A DNA stretch of 45,822 bases from an uncultured Candidatus Bathyarchaeia archaeon (lineage in GTDB: Archaea > Thermoproteota > Bathyarchaeia > 40CM-2-53-6 > CAVXDP01): contig CAYXJU010000003.1 in assembly GCA_964464765.1 (NCBI GenBank), positions 1 through 45,822 on the forward strand, read 5' to 3'. Every line of letters starts with the position of its first letter. Position 1 is the first letter of the stretch. Positions 1-8,898 of the stretch are shown piece by piece. The notes beneath the pieces were generated by a model that saw only the letters and a list, made by a program, of their open reading frames with translations, was not told where the DNA came from and searched no databases. A program made the translations under genes and the position numbers.

Positions 1-50
1 CTGCCCACCCGTTCCGCACCGGAACCCCAACGGCGGCCAAATCTCACCAA
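1..50 (-). CDS. 5' end of a probable CDS running off the window edge (product unknown)
   Basis: Two GGTGA RBS motifs directly after the stop of the 63-1091 gene, each followed by TTG (at 50 and 40) and an open frame to the edge; which frame is real cannot be decided. Confidence 0.3.
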   Translation of the reverse strand, partial: MVRFGRRWGSGAERVG

Positions 51-62
51 TAATTCTTCACC

Positions 63-1091
63 TTACCGTCGAAGTCTAAAAGATCTGCCTAATCTTAAAC
101 GCACGAAAATCGTTGACAATACCACACCTGCCGAGAGTATCACTACCACTACGAAACTGGCTGACACAATCATCATCAGCAACTCATGTCGAACAATTTC
201 AGCCAGAAACATAGCACACGTCACCGCAACCAACATAATACCACACGTTTTCAGATGCCTAGCGACGATCAGCGAACCTCTCTTTCTTGCCACATAGTAA
301 GACACCAAAGAAAGTGGAGGGCCCAGATACATCGTACCGATCAAAGCACTAGCCGAAAATCCACTAACCACCACACCTACTTCAGGGTTGAAACTGAACA
401 TCGAGTGAATGGAAGAAGCAAGTTTCAGAATGCCGATCAGAGGGTAAATGAAGACCCGAGTCAAAGCCCTCCATAGTGATGATTGAGATATGAAGTGCGC
501 TACACTCGGACTGAACGAATAGTACCAAATGTTGAAAACTTTCAGGAACTCTGAGCCAGCGTAACTCCTCATCACAACCTGGTCGCGAAAAACCCTGAGA
601 AACTGCACCGGTGCAGAAAGTTCAGAGCCATAAGCGGCTGTCGCGATGATGCATCTGGCTACAATCCTCAAATGGAACTGTCCTGAATCTTGAGCACCAT
701 TCGAAAGCATCGCGGTTACTGTCAACGTAAAATCCCCGGTCGGCGCTGTTAGAGATACCACTGCAATCATGGCAGAAGTCACGGTTCCCTCTGAGATATT
801 CACCGGATTAGGCTCGAATGTTATATCCACACCTGAGGGTTGACCGGAGCTGCTTAAAGTGCAGGTGAGTGGTTCAGTTCCAGCGTAAGCGACCAGATTG
901 AGCGTTACAGTCGCTATTTGCGTCCGAGCAGATGCCTGCGTTATCGTGGCCTCTTGGGGAGATAGTTCCATGGACACAGCAACGATAGACTGCGACTGTA
1001 CCGGAACCGATGGAGACAACCAAAGAAAAAGAATCATTGAGGATGCTAGCAGAATACCAAACGCGTTTCGCGATCTCAAGATATTTCTCAT
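63..1091 (-). CDS. Secreted/surface protein with CFI-box-CTERM domain
   Basis: N-terminal signal peptide, Ig-like beta-rich region, then CIIATAAYGSELSAPVQFLRVFRD...WYYSFSP (CFI-box motif) and several C-terminal TM helices. Confidence 0.85.
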   Translation of the reverse strand: MRNILRSRNAFGILLASSMILFLWLSPSVPVQSQSIVAVSMELSPQEATITQASARTQIATVTLNLVAYAGTEPLTCTLSSSGQPSGVDITFEPNPVNISEGTVTSAMIAVVSLTAPTGDFTLTVTAMLSNGAQDSGQFHLRIVARCIIATAAYGSELSAPVQFLRVFRDQVVMRSYAGSEFLKVFNIWYYSFSPSVAHFISQSSLWRALTRVFIYPLIGILKLASSIHSMFSFNPEVGVVVSGFSASALIGTMYLGPPLSLVSYYVARKRGSLIVARHLKTCGIMLVAVTCAMFLAEIVRHELLMMIVSASFVVVVILSAGVVLSTIFVRLRLGRSFRLRR

Positions 1092-1122
1092 CTAAACACC
1101 TGAACAATCAAATTCTTATTCT

Positions 1123-1845
1123 CTATTTCTTAGCCATCTTCGCAATAGCAAAGAAGATTGCGAGGATTAGAAGCACTACCACACCCAACAAGGCGTAAAC
1201 AAAAGTCGTCGAGCCTGAAAAGGACGGTGAACCTAGAAACGAGGGCAGCACAATTGTCAGGATCATAGTCGAGGTTTGATACTGAGTTGCGAAGTTTGTA
1301 GTATATGCTGTTACGGTAAGGAGTTCTGTCTTGCTTGTAGTCGTAGGGGCTGTAAGTGTCTGATATTGAGTCGTGGTTTGAGAAGCAGTTGTCAACCTCG
1401 TGACCGTTGAATACTGCGTGGACGTAGTCAATATTGTTGATGTTCGATATCGTGTTACGGTTAGAGTAGTTGTCGCAGTTGTCGAAGAAGATGGAATAAC
1501 CATATAATAGGTCGTGTACAGCGTCGTTGAACCATCCTGCAGAATGACCATCCTTTGACCCTCAGGAGGGCCCGCCGAACCTATCGAAAACTGCCAGAGG
1601 CCGACTCCAAGCTTTCCAGCGGTCAGAGTGTTGAACTGCCCATTCGGGAGGTAGATCAACAACTTTGTGTCGTTTATTCCCGTTGGTGTGCTGATTGTAA
1701 TCACGACAACTTCACCAAACTGGTATGTGGATTTATTCGTGTAACATTGGCCACTTGCAGCGGCCACAACTATCATGCCATGATACAGAACACTTAGGAT
1801 AATTGTGATGATACCCCACACCAATAATGCCTTGCTTTTCCTCAC
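1123..1845 (-). CDS. Secreted surface protein with Thr-rich linker and C-terminal membrane anchor
   Basis: GTG start after GGTGAGG RBS, signal peptide, long T/S-rich stalk, C-terminal hydrophobic helix followed by basic residues. Confidence 0.8.
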   Translation of the reverse strand: MRKSKALLVWGIITIILSVLYHGMIVVAAASGQCYTNKSTYQFGEVVVITISTPTGINDTKLLIYLPNGQFNTLTAGKLGVGLWQFSIGSAGPPEGQRMVILQDGSTTLYTTYYMVIPSSSTTATTTLTVTRYRTSTILTTSTQYSTVTRLTTASQTTTQYQTLTAPTTTSKTELLTVTAYTTNFATQYQTSTMILTIVLPSFLGSPSFSGSTTFVYALLGVVVLLILAIFFAIAKMAKK

Positions 1846-2174
1846 AGAACTTTCCTCACCTTTTTGGATTCGAATGTGAGTTTCGACGGTGCCGAGTGAA
1901 TAATCAAGAGGTCAGAGCGTATTAAGCGCTGGTATGTCACATATGTTAATTACTGATGCGTCACGTGACCAGAAGTGTTGGCTTGACGAAGTGGAAAGCA
2001 AACACTTTCGTTTTCTTTCAATCGAAGAACCTCGCGTCGGCAGTATCTGACAGCTCTGCGGAAGTAGTTGGATAGCGTGTTGTCAATTGTAATAGAGAAG
2101 ACGTAAGTTTCCCAAGAACGTACCACATGTTGGACGTGATGTATCTACATATGTGGAGGTGAGAAAGGTTGCCC

Positions 2175-2342
2175 ATGTCTTGGTACTGCAATGAATATGT
2201 ATGCTATCCATATTATGTAGGGTATCCGTACAATGTAAGCTATGGACACGGCGATCTACGTTATCACAAGCCGTTCCTGCGACACGGCCACTATGACATG
2301 GAGTATCACTATGATCAATATCCGTACTACTATTACTGGTGA
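2175..2342 (+). CDS. Small tyrosine-rich protein (55 aa), not in ORF track
   Basis: GGAGGTGA RBS at 2155-2162, in-frame TTG 2169/ATG 2175; translation MSWYCNEYVCYPYYVGYPYNVSYGHGDLRYHKPFLRHGHYDMEYHYDQYPYYYYW; pyrimidine/T-tract downstream. Confidence 0.75.
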   Translation: MSWYCNEYVCYPYYVGYPYNVSYGHGDLRYHKPFLRHGHYDMEYHYDQYPYYYYW

Positions 2343-2377
2343 ACAATGTGGTGAATGTGGCCGACGGCTCCAGACTC

Positions 2378-2402
2378 TTCGCTTCTTAATTTTCCCCTTT
2401 TT
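2378..2402 (+). terminator. Archaeal oligo-T terminator candidate
   Basis: ttcgcttcttaattttccccttttt about 35 nt after the Tyr-rich ORF stop. Confidence 0.5.
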
Positions 2403-2491
2403 GGAGTTGCTTCGCGATCGTGTGGAGGACTAACTTGAGCACTTGCGCATGAGATGCAGTTTTTGGATCTGGTAACTGGAGACGGTCAGGA

Positions 2492-2677
2492 TTATTTGGT
2501 AACCCACTTGTCCGCGACTTTTCTGTACTTCTTCTTCACAGCGCTCCATGCAATCTGAGCTCTTTCCTCGTCCGTGTAGGATTTGCCGGTCCTAGGATTT
2601 GTCTTGCTTTTCAGAGAATCCATGACTTCCTCGAAAATGTGCTGTGCATGAGAAGGAAGATTCTTGGGTACAGGCAT
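2492..2677 (-). CDS. chaB: ChaB family protein
   Basis: LPSHAQHIF...EERAQIAWSAVKKKYRK...W matches the ChaB signature; GGTGAG RBS. Confidence 0.85.
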   Translation of the reverse strand: MPVPKNLPSHAQHIFEEVMDSLKSKTNPRTGKSYTDEERAQIAWSAVKKKYRKVADKWVTK

Positions 2678-2686
2678 ATTTCGAAC

Positions 2687-3220
2687 TCACCGTGTCGATG
2701 AACGACTTGCAATTGAAGGTTCTGATGGACAACAGACATAGCAGAGTACTCCTCCCGCAATGGTTACGATTCCAGGTATCCAATTCAAGGTTACAAGCAT
2801 TATTATGGCTGCCACAATCGCGATTATTCCACCAACCCTACTTCTTCCAGCTCTAACTTTTATGAAAGCGTATATGGCTATGATTCCTAAAATTATGGTG
2901 ACTATGGCTCCTATGGTAAAGAAAGCCATGATCGCTCCCCATGCTTGCATTCCCCATCTGCTCCAAGCCGCAGACTCCATCATCTGTCGCATGGTCTGTC
3001 CCATGAAAAGCATTGACAACAAAGGAATGATGTTCAGAACAATCGCTAGAATCCCTCCAATTAATATCAAAGCTCCCCCAACCGCTCCCACGGTCAAATG
3101 ATCCTTCCTTTCGATCGCAGTTGCACCACTCGCGGATGCGCCAGGAACAGGCGTATCACATTTTGGACAGACTCGGGCACCTTCAGGAAGTTTCTCTCCA
3201 CATTTAGCACAATAAGTCAT
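2687..3220 (-). CDS. Zinc-ribbon membrane protein
   Basis: N-terminal CAKC...CPKC ribbon followed by about 4 hydrophobic helices. Confidence 0.8.
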   Translation of the reverse strand: MTYCAKCGEKLPEGARVCPKCDTPVPGASASGATAIERKDHLTVGAVGGALILIGGILAIVLNIIPLLSMLFMGQTMRQMMESAAWSRWGMQAWGAIMAFFTIGAIVTIILGIIAIYAFIKVRAGRSRVGGIIAIVAAIIMLVTLNWIPGIVTIAGGVLCYVCCPSEPSIASRSSTR

Positions 3221-3358
3221 ATTCTAATCCTCAACTCAGCTGCACAAATAACAGTAGATAAGTGTTGGTCAGTCACATGAGTTAATGACTCAAGGCTATA
3301 CGTCACTTCGGCGTCACCAAAGCTGAAAGTACAGCAAGAGAGATGCAGGAGTTAATTA

Positions 3359-3616
3359 ATGCCCACCTACAAATATGCCAACTTCTTGCAGACGAGTGAC
3401 AGCAAAATTTTCGATAAACTCCATCATTCAGGGGCTTCTGTCCCCTACTCAGGAATCTATCGATGTGCCACCTGCGGCTTCGAAATCACATGTGAAGAAG
3501 GTCGGATTTTTCCCCCAGAAAAAAGCTGTGCCAAGCATCATGCTAAATGGAAATGTGCGCAAGGCGAGGTAAACTGGCAATTGGCTGCCTTCACAATCCA
3601 TACCAACACCGAGTAA
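3359..3616 (+). CDS. Small zinc-ribbon protein (YjzC-like, PxSGIYxCxxC motif)
   Basis: AGGAG RBS; GASVPYSGIYRCATCG...FPP...W pattern. Confidence 0.7.
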   Translation: MPTYKYANFLQTSDSKIFDKLHHSGASVPYSGIYRCATCGFEITCEEGRIFPPEKSCAKHHAKWKCAQGEVNWQLAAFTIHTNTE

Positions 3617-3976
3617 GGGGTCTACTATTCAATTCCCAGATGATTGTTCTAGCTCAAGTGTCGTATTAATGGTGTGCACACAAAAAAACAGTCAACCGCC
3701 AAACAGCCAGACCGCCAGAAGACCCCTACGCACCAACTTAGAACCTTACAAAAACAAAATGGATAATCCCATTACGACTGACGTTTCTGCTAGATAGTAG
3801 ACCTATCGACGATTCTGCCACTAATGACTTATTAAGCAACTCTCCAGAGGAAACATGAGTTGAACAGCCAAGGAATCACCCAAGAAAAGCTGAAGAATAG
3901 TTGGGCAAATGGATCCATTTAATTAATTAGGTGGCTATTCCCAGCCCGCCATTCAAAAATCCATGTTTGGCAATAG

Positions 3977-4612
3977 ATGAAGGGCATCGACTTGGGCTCC
4001 GACGAATATTTGATACATCAATTTCTACACAAAGGTCGAAGGATGCGAGCACGTGCACATATCCGACCGGAAGCGAAAAAACGTAGAGACAAGGTCAAGC
4101 GCCGTGTCCAGAATGCGATGCGCAAAAGCGTCTCAGGTTCGGATGCAAGAAGAATTCTGGATGTCGGGACTGGATTTGGTTCAAATGCTCGACTTCTGGC
4201 AGAGATTCTTGGAGGAAGAGGAAAGATCTGGTCGATCGATCCGTCTCTTGGAGTCTTGCGTGAAGTGGAACGAATTCTCAAAGCTGAGAGGATCCTGAAA
4301 CATGTCAAATTGATTCAAGCCAAGGCTGAAGACCTGCCTTTTCGTGACGGCTTCTTCAGTCTTGTGACATCAGCCATGTTGGTGCATCATCTAGTTAACG
4401 TGCGACAAGGATTACGTGAAATGGTAAGAGTCCTTGCCAAAGGAGGAAGACTGGTTCTTGTCGACTGGAGGCCTGTCACTTCTGAAGTAGTTCCCCACCA
4501 GGCGCGTGATTTCGTAGCTCCGGAAAAAATCCTTCAGATCTTGACGCAGTCAGGCGTCTCGGTTAAGTTGCGAAAGTATCGCTACTGGTACTTAATTCAA
4601 GGAAAAAGATAG
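3977..4612 (+). CDS. Class I SAM-dependent methyltransferase (UbiE-like)
   Basis: ILDVGTGFG motif I, AEDLPF, VLAKGGRLVLVDW. Confidence 0.88.
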   Translation: MKGIDLGSDEYLIHQFLHKGRRMRARAHIRPEAKKRRDKVKRRVQNAMRKSVSGSDARRILDVGTGFGSNARLLAEILGGRGKIWSIDPSLGVLREVERILKAERILKHVKLIQAKAEDLPFRDGFFSLVTSAMLVHHLVNVRQGLREMVRVLAKGGRLVLVDWRPVTSEVVPHQARDFVAPEKILQILTQSGVSVKLRKYRYWYLIQGKR

Positions 4613-4633
4613 AAGAATGGAGTCAGCACTAGA

Positions 4634-5731
4634 TCATTCGAGCACTCTTGACGCTCTTGAAAGATACTCTGCACCATTGGGGCCTAGGAGTACGGTATCT
4701 TCGATCTTGATTCCCCCGATGGATCCGATCGTTAGTAACGAGTGACCTATGGCCAATGTCCAATTCTCTCTCATTTTCAATTGCGTGTGTGTTGGATAAT
4801 GACTTGGGTGAGGCCACTCTTCAAACTCCAGTCCGACGCCATGTATGGGTCCAGAAATCCAGTGAGACCCGTGTCCTTTCTCGGAAAATAGTTTTGAGAA
4901 CATTTCAGTAACTTGCCCAACCTTCCATCCGGGGCGCATCGCGTTCAATACGGTTTCTTGAATCTCTGCGTACAACTTCACTAAGGTTTTCTGTTCATTG
5001 TTCGGAGATCCACATGTGACTGTTCGCGCCACATCGCAGCAGTACATGTCCACGGTTGGGTGAACGTCCAATACAATCACATCTGTAGGCTCTATCTTTC
5101 GACGCAGAGTACCTCCATGCAGATGCAATGAGTGAGGGCCGCTGTCAACGAACGTGCTTGAAGAGAACCGCATGGCACCAGCCTTTCGCATAGCGTATTC
5201 AGCCTCGGCTGCTACTTCAATCTCAGTTTTGCCAGGAGAGATGGCGGATGTGCCCGCCTCTATTCCTTTATCTGCCACTGATGCAGCTTTGCGCATTAAA
5301 TTAACTTCCACAGGATCTTTTGCGTAGCGAAGCGGCATCAGTATCTCTTCATTCTCGATAACCGTCATACCTGGATTTGATTTCAGAAACTTGTACACAA
5401 GAAACCCAGGGTTGCTGTGAACACAGAAACCAACCTTTTGGTTACGTACGTTATGCTCGGTCACAATTGAAAAGAAGATCCGCATCAACTCTTGGGGGCT
5501 ACGCCAACCTCGAACGTCCTGAATACCCGTAACCTTTCTAGCGCTTTCAATTTCTTCAGCGAAAACTATGACGGTTGGCTCCCCTTCTTTCGGAAGAAAG
5601 ATTCGAGCTACGTTACGCATGTCACCTGTCAAATAGTAGTAGTTCTCTCTACTCGTGACTTGCAGCGCTGCGACTCCCTGCTCGACCATCAGTTCCTGAG
5701 CGCGCTTTCTTCGTTGTTGAAAAATGTTCAC
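4634..5731 (-). CDS. M24 family (Xaa-Pro peptidase-like) protein with atypical metal site
   Basis: Creatinase-like N-domain, LRYAKDPVE, D..DVART, HGVGL, IKIEDT. Confidence 0.88.
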   Translation of the reverse strand: MNIFQQRRKRAQELMVEQGVAALQVTSRENYYYLTGDMRNVARIFLPKEGEPTVIVFAEEIESARKVTGIQDVRGWRSPQELMRIFFSIVTEHNVRNQKVGFCVHSNPGFLVYKFLKSNPGMTVIENEEILMPLRYAKDPVEVNLMRKAASVADKGIEAGTSAISPGKTEIEVAAEAEYAMRKAGAMRFSSSTFVDSGPHSLHLHGGTLRRKIEPTDVIVLDVHPTVDMYCCDVARTVTCGSPNNEQKTLVKLYAEIQETVLNAMRPGWKVGQVTEMFSKLFSEKGHGSHWISGPIHGVGLEFEEWPHPSHYPTHTQLKMRENWTLAIGHSLLTIGSIGGIKIEDTVLLGPNGAEYLSRASRVLE

Positions 5732-5796
5732 TTGATCACCGGATGCGATAGTCTTTTGAAAGTGGGAAGATTAGCGTTTCGGCTTTGCTGGCAGGT

Positions 5797-6135
5797 TTAA
5801 GCCCAGGATTGTGGCTTGCCTATGAGTAATCCCGTGCACAGACCAAGTGAAAAACTCCCGCCAAATGGCAATGTTGTTGCGCTGACGGACATCAATCCAC
5901 GTAATCCCGCCTCCACCACACCAACAAGGAACTTCTGCGTATTTTCAGGACTGATCAAATGTAAACCAAGCCTTTGAAGGCCGCCGAGTAGCACTAGAAT
6001 TGCTACGAGAACAAACGAGAGCACGCCGACTATTAGGGATGTGATTCGTCTGAGAACTATGCCCAAAGCGAATCCGCCTACTCCACCTACACCAACCTGC
6101 GCCAAGAGTAGGCTGAGCAAGTTCTGATCCATCAT
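5797..6135 (-). CDS. FUN14-like small membrane protein
   Basis: QVGVGGVGGFALG...LPFGGSFSLG pattern typical of prokaryotic FUN14 proteins. Confidence 0.75.
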   Translation of the reverse strand: MMDQNLLSLLLAQVGVGGVGGFALGIVLRRITSLIVGVLSFVLVAILVLLGGLQRLGLHLISPENTQKFLVGVVEAGLRGLMSVSATTLPFGGSFSLGLCTGLLIGKPQSWA

Positions 6136-6304
6136 GAGGTCGCCTGGTCTGATTCAGACCTAGTGAACCGGACCATGAATATCTATTGGAGATATTTTGC
6201 GCAAATCGTGGAAAACTATGTTTCAAAATTGACAATTATGTATATGTTGCCTCAAACCATCGAAACGACAAGCTAAAGGAACAATGAAAGAATCCGGCAA
6301 GGCT

Positions 6305-7321
6305 CTACTGATTAGATCCACATTTTGGGCAATATTTCGCCGTAAGATGCATTGGAGCACCACAGCTTATACAATACTTGGTGGGCTCCTTCTGAGGCGC
6401 AGCTGAAAGTCTAGACCGTCGTCTCAGTAACACTATGGCCGCCACTGAAACAACCGCTATTATCACCACAACGAGTGCGATGCTTGACATGGAACTTCCA
6501 AACAAGAACACTCCTCCCGTTGTTTCGCTACTCGAAGTTGTTGTCGCAGTTGTTCTTGTTGTTACCATCGTTGTCGGCGACTGCGTGGTTCTGCTTGTTG
6601 TTATTGTAGTCGCCGTTTGAGTTGTAGTTGCAGTAGATGCTGTGAGACTAATGTCGTCCCAGTTTGCGTACTCCGTGTTTGTTGCAGGGTATCCGACGGT
6701 GATCGCGAGGGTGATAACGATCTTCGATAGCGAGTAGCCCGTTGAGTCTCCCCATCTGCTTTCAAAGTCGTCTTTCACATTTGTTTGGAAGTAGTTCCAG
6801 CTCATGGGGATAGCCCCCTGAACAAAGTAGTCAGCTTCGTCTTGCCTGATGTTCGCCCAACTCTCTGTTCCACCAAGCCACGCGACGTAATACACAATCT
6901 TGAGAACTCTGATGTCTGAGGTCTGGAAAACTGTGTACAAGGTGAGCAACGCTTTTATCTCCACAATTCCTTTTCCCGAAACCCAAGGTTTCGCCCAGAA
7001 CGCAAACTCCAAATCAAGCGGCAAACTAGAGCTTTCGATAGTCTGGTTTACTCCACTTCCATACCAGACACCTGCCTGTGGAGTAGGCGTGCCCTGAATA
7101 GCCAATGAATGCTGCCCTTCGTAAGGGTCTACTGGATCCAAAGAAGCATATCCACGACCAAGAGTATACTTCTCCCATCCGTTCCAACCCTCTTCAAACC
7201 CTCCGTTCATGATCAGTTCATTTCTTGCCGATAACGACTGTGTAAAGGCTGCAGAGATGCTTAGGACTACGACAAGGCAGATAAGAATTGAGACAAAAGA
7301 GCTAGTTCTCAACAGAGCCAC
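6305..7321 (-). CDS. Membrane-anchored protein: extracellular CBM/galactose-binding-like domain, Thr-rich linker, TM helix, cytoplasmic zinc ribbon
   Basis: Signal peptide, NELIMNGGFEEGWNGW...WDDISL, T-rich stalk, TM plus RRR, C-terminal CISC...CPKCG. Confidence 0.8.
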   Translation of the reverse strand: MALLRTSSFVSILICLVVVLSISAAFTQSLSARNELIMNGGFEEGWNGWEKYTLGRGYASLDPVDPYEGQHSLAIQGTPTPQAGVWYGSGVNQTIESSSLPLDLEFAFWAKPWVSGKGIVEIKALLTLYTVFQTSDIRVLKIVYYVAWLGGTESWANIRQDEADYFVQGAIPMSWNYFQTNVKDDFESRWGDSTGYSLSKIVITLAITVGYPATNTEYANWDDISLTASTATTTQTATTITTSRTTQSPTTMVTTRTTATTTSSSETTGGVFLFGSSMSSIALVVVIIAVVSVAAIVLLRRRSRLSAAPQKEPTKYCISCGAPMHLTAKYCPKCGSNQ

Positions 7322-7398
7322 TTCTCATTGAATCTGTATGCTGAAGGATATTTATAATAACCATTTCCTGAAAACCGATAGATAGGAAGAGAACTGGC

Positions 7399-7929
7399 TT
7401 GGACCTGAAAGTGAAGAATTCAATTGTTGAACTCAAGCAGGGAGACATTACTGAGATGGATACGGATGCGATTGTAAACGCCGCCAACGATGCGCTGCAG
7501 ATGGGTGGAGGAGTTGCAGGAGCCATTAGAAGAAAAGGTGGACCGAAGATTCAAGAGGAATGTAACAGAATTGGAGGCACAATCGTCGGAGGTGCCGTGA
7601 TAACTACAGGAGGAAAACTGAAGGCTAGATACGTGATTCATGCCGTTGGGCCTAGGTATGGTGAAGGCGACGAGGACAGGAAACTAAGGAACGCAACTCT
7701 AAACAGCCTTAAACTTGCTGACGAACATTCATTGAAGAGCATTGCATTCCCAGCAGTGAGTGCTGGAATATTCGGTTTTCCGAAGGATAGGTGTGCACAG
7801 ATCATGCTTTCAACTACTATGGAGTACTTGAAAGGGACAACGAATCTTCAAAGGATAGTCTTCTGCCTTCATGATTCTGAGATGCTTCATGTGTTTCAAC
7901 GTGAACTGAAGAAATATCAATCAGTGTAG
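7399..7929 (+). CDS. Macro domain protein (MacroD/YmdB-type ADP-ribose-binding or hydrolysing)
   Basis: GDIT, AIVNAAN, GGGVAGAI, VIHAVGP, SIAFPAVSAGIFGFP. Confidence 0.93.
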   Translation: MDLKVKNSIVELKQGDITEMDTDAIVNAANDALQMGGGVAGAIRRKGGPKIQEECNRIGGTIVGGAVITTGGKLKARYVIHAVGPRYGEGDEDRKLRNATLNSLKLADEHSLKSIAFPAVSAGIFGFPKDRCAQIMLSTTMEYLKGTTNLQRIVFCLHDSEMLHVFQRELKKYQSV

Positions 7930-7976
7930 TGAGCTTCTGATATCTAGAATCGCTTCGTATAATGTGATGCCGGAGT

Positions 7977-8222
7977 TTGGTCTTGACTCAACGAGGCAAA
8001 TCGACCTCTGACGATACTGTCAGAACCTACAGAGAGCTAAAGAGTGTCCGAGGCCAAATGAAGAAATGTCTGAAAGAATTGCATGTCCAATCGAAACGTG
8101 GACACATGATGGCATTAGGAGAATTGGAAGAAGCGACGAGAGACCTCGCACAAAGAAAGACACTTCTTAGAAAGAAATTTGAAAAGTTGACACATCGAAA
8201 AGGACCCTATAGAATCAACTAG
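7977..8222 (+). CDS. Small basic helical hypothetical protein
   Basis: TTG start after GGAG; fills the gap between the macro and SGNH genes; K/R/E-rich coiled-coil-like composition. Confidence 0.55.
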   Translation: MVLTQRGKSTSDDTVRTYRELKSVRGQMKKCLKELHVQSKRGHMMALGELEEATRDLAQRKTLLRKKFEKLTHRKGPYRIN

Positions 8223-8246
8223 CGTGCAAACCCAAAGATTTCAAGC

Positions 8247-8879
8247 CTATTCTTTACTAGAATAGTACTTCGACAGAAGTCCTTTCAGGGCTTGGTCGAA
8301 TATTGTCTCAGCAATCTTCTCATATCCAGCTGTGCTCAAATGAAGCCCATCATCGCTGAATTCTTCTCTGAGACGATTCGTTCTTGGATCAGCGGTCGTT
8401 CTGAATAGATCTGCAAAGGATTTGCCATTTTCAGTGCAGTAGGTTCTAATCATCTCGTTCAATTCAAGACGCGGCGGAATCAATGAATCGCAACCCAAGA
8501 TTGATGGGACGCTACATGCAATGATTTCAATTCCATTCTTCGATGTCGCCTCATACATTTTCGACAGGTTACCAAATATTTCCCTCGGAGAGATCCCCCA
8601 TCCTATGTCATTCGATCCACCCAAGATTATGACAAAATCTGGTCTAACACTCAGGGCATCTCTATCGAATCTGGTGAGCATTTCACTGGTGAGTTCACCC
8701 AGTACCCCTCGATTACGGATCTGAAATTCCTTTTTTTTCTGTTGAGATTCATTCAGTTTCAAGAGCCGATGCTCAAGAAATATAGTATAAGGTGTGAAAC
8801 CAGTCCACTCTTCTTCAGTTAATGACTGATAACCTGCAGTGAGACTGTCGCCCATCGCGACCAAAATAATTCTATTCAT
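8247..8879 (-). CDS. SGNH/GDSL hydrolase
   Basis: GDSL block I, NRGVLG, GGSND, DGLH; ATG 8879 preferred over the overlapping TTG 8924. Confidence 0.9.
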   Translation of the reverse strand: MNRIILVAMGDSLTAGYQSLTEEEWTGFTPYTIFLEHRLLKLNESQQKKKEFQIRNRGVLGELTSEMLTRFDRDALSVRPDFVIILGGSNDIGWGISPREIFGNLSKMYEATSKNGIEIIACSVPSILGCDSLIPPRLELNEMIRTYCTENGKSFADLFRTTADPRTNRLREEFSDDGLHLSTAGYEKIAETIFDQALKGLLSKYYSSKE

Positions 8880-8898
8880 CTTAGGAGATCCCTTGGAA

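Noticed and set aside
1-45. GC-rich start of the window resembling a tRNA or structured RNA 5' end on the minus strand
   Set aside because: No D-loop or acceptor-stem consensus; RBS and TTG context fits a CDS start better
1934-2076. Short plus-strand ORFs (35-39 aa) in the divergent gap
   Set aside because: No RBS, no recognisable motif, no distinctive composition
2083-2433. Track ORFs 2083-2346 (-) and 2242-2433 (+)
   Set aside because: Shadows of the Tyr-rich ORF, which has the RBS and terminator candidate
6192-6204. ATATTTTGCGCAA also present at 36104-36116
   Set aside because: A rough estimate gives tens of chance 13-mer matches in 45 kb; the downstream genes are unrelated
6530-6645. 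GTT/GTC-rich quasi-repeats (also 1270-1490)
   Set aside because: Encode Thr-rich linkers; not CRISPR or a DNA-level tandem repeat
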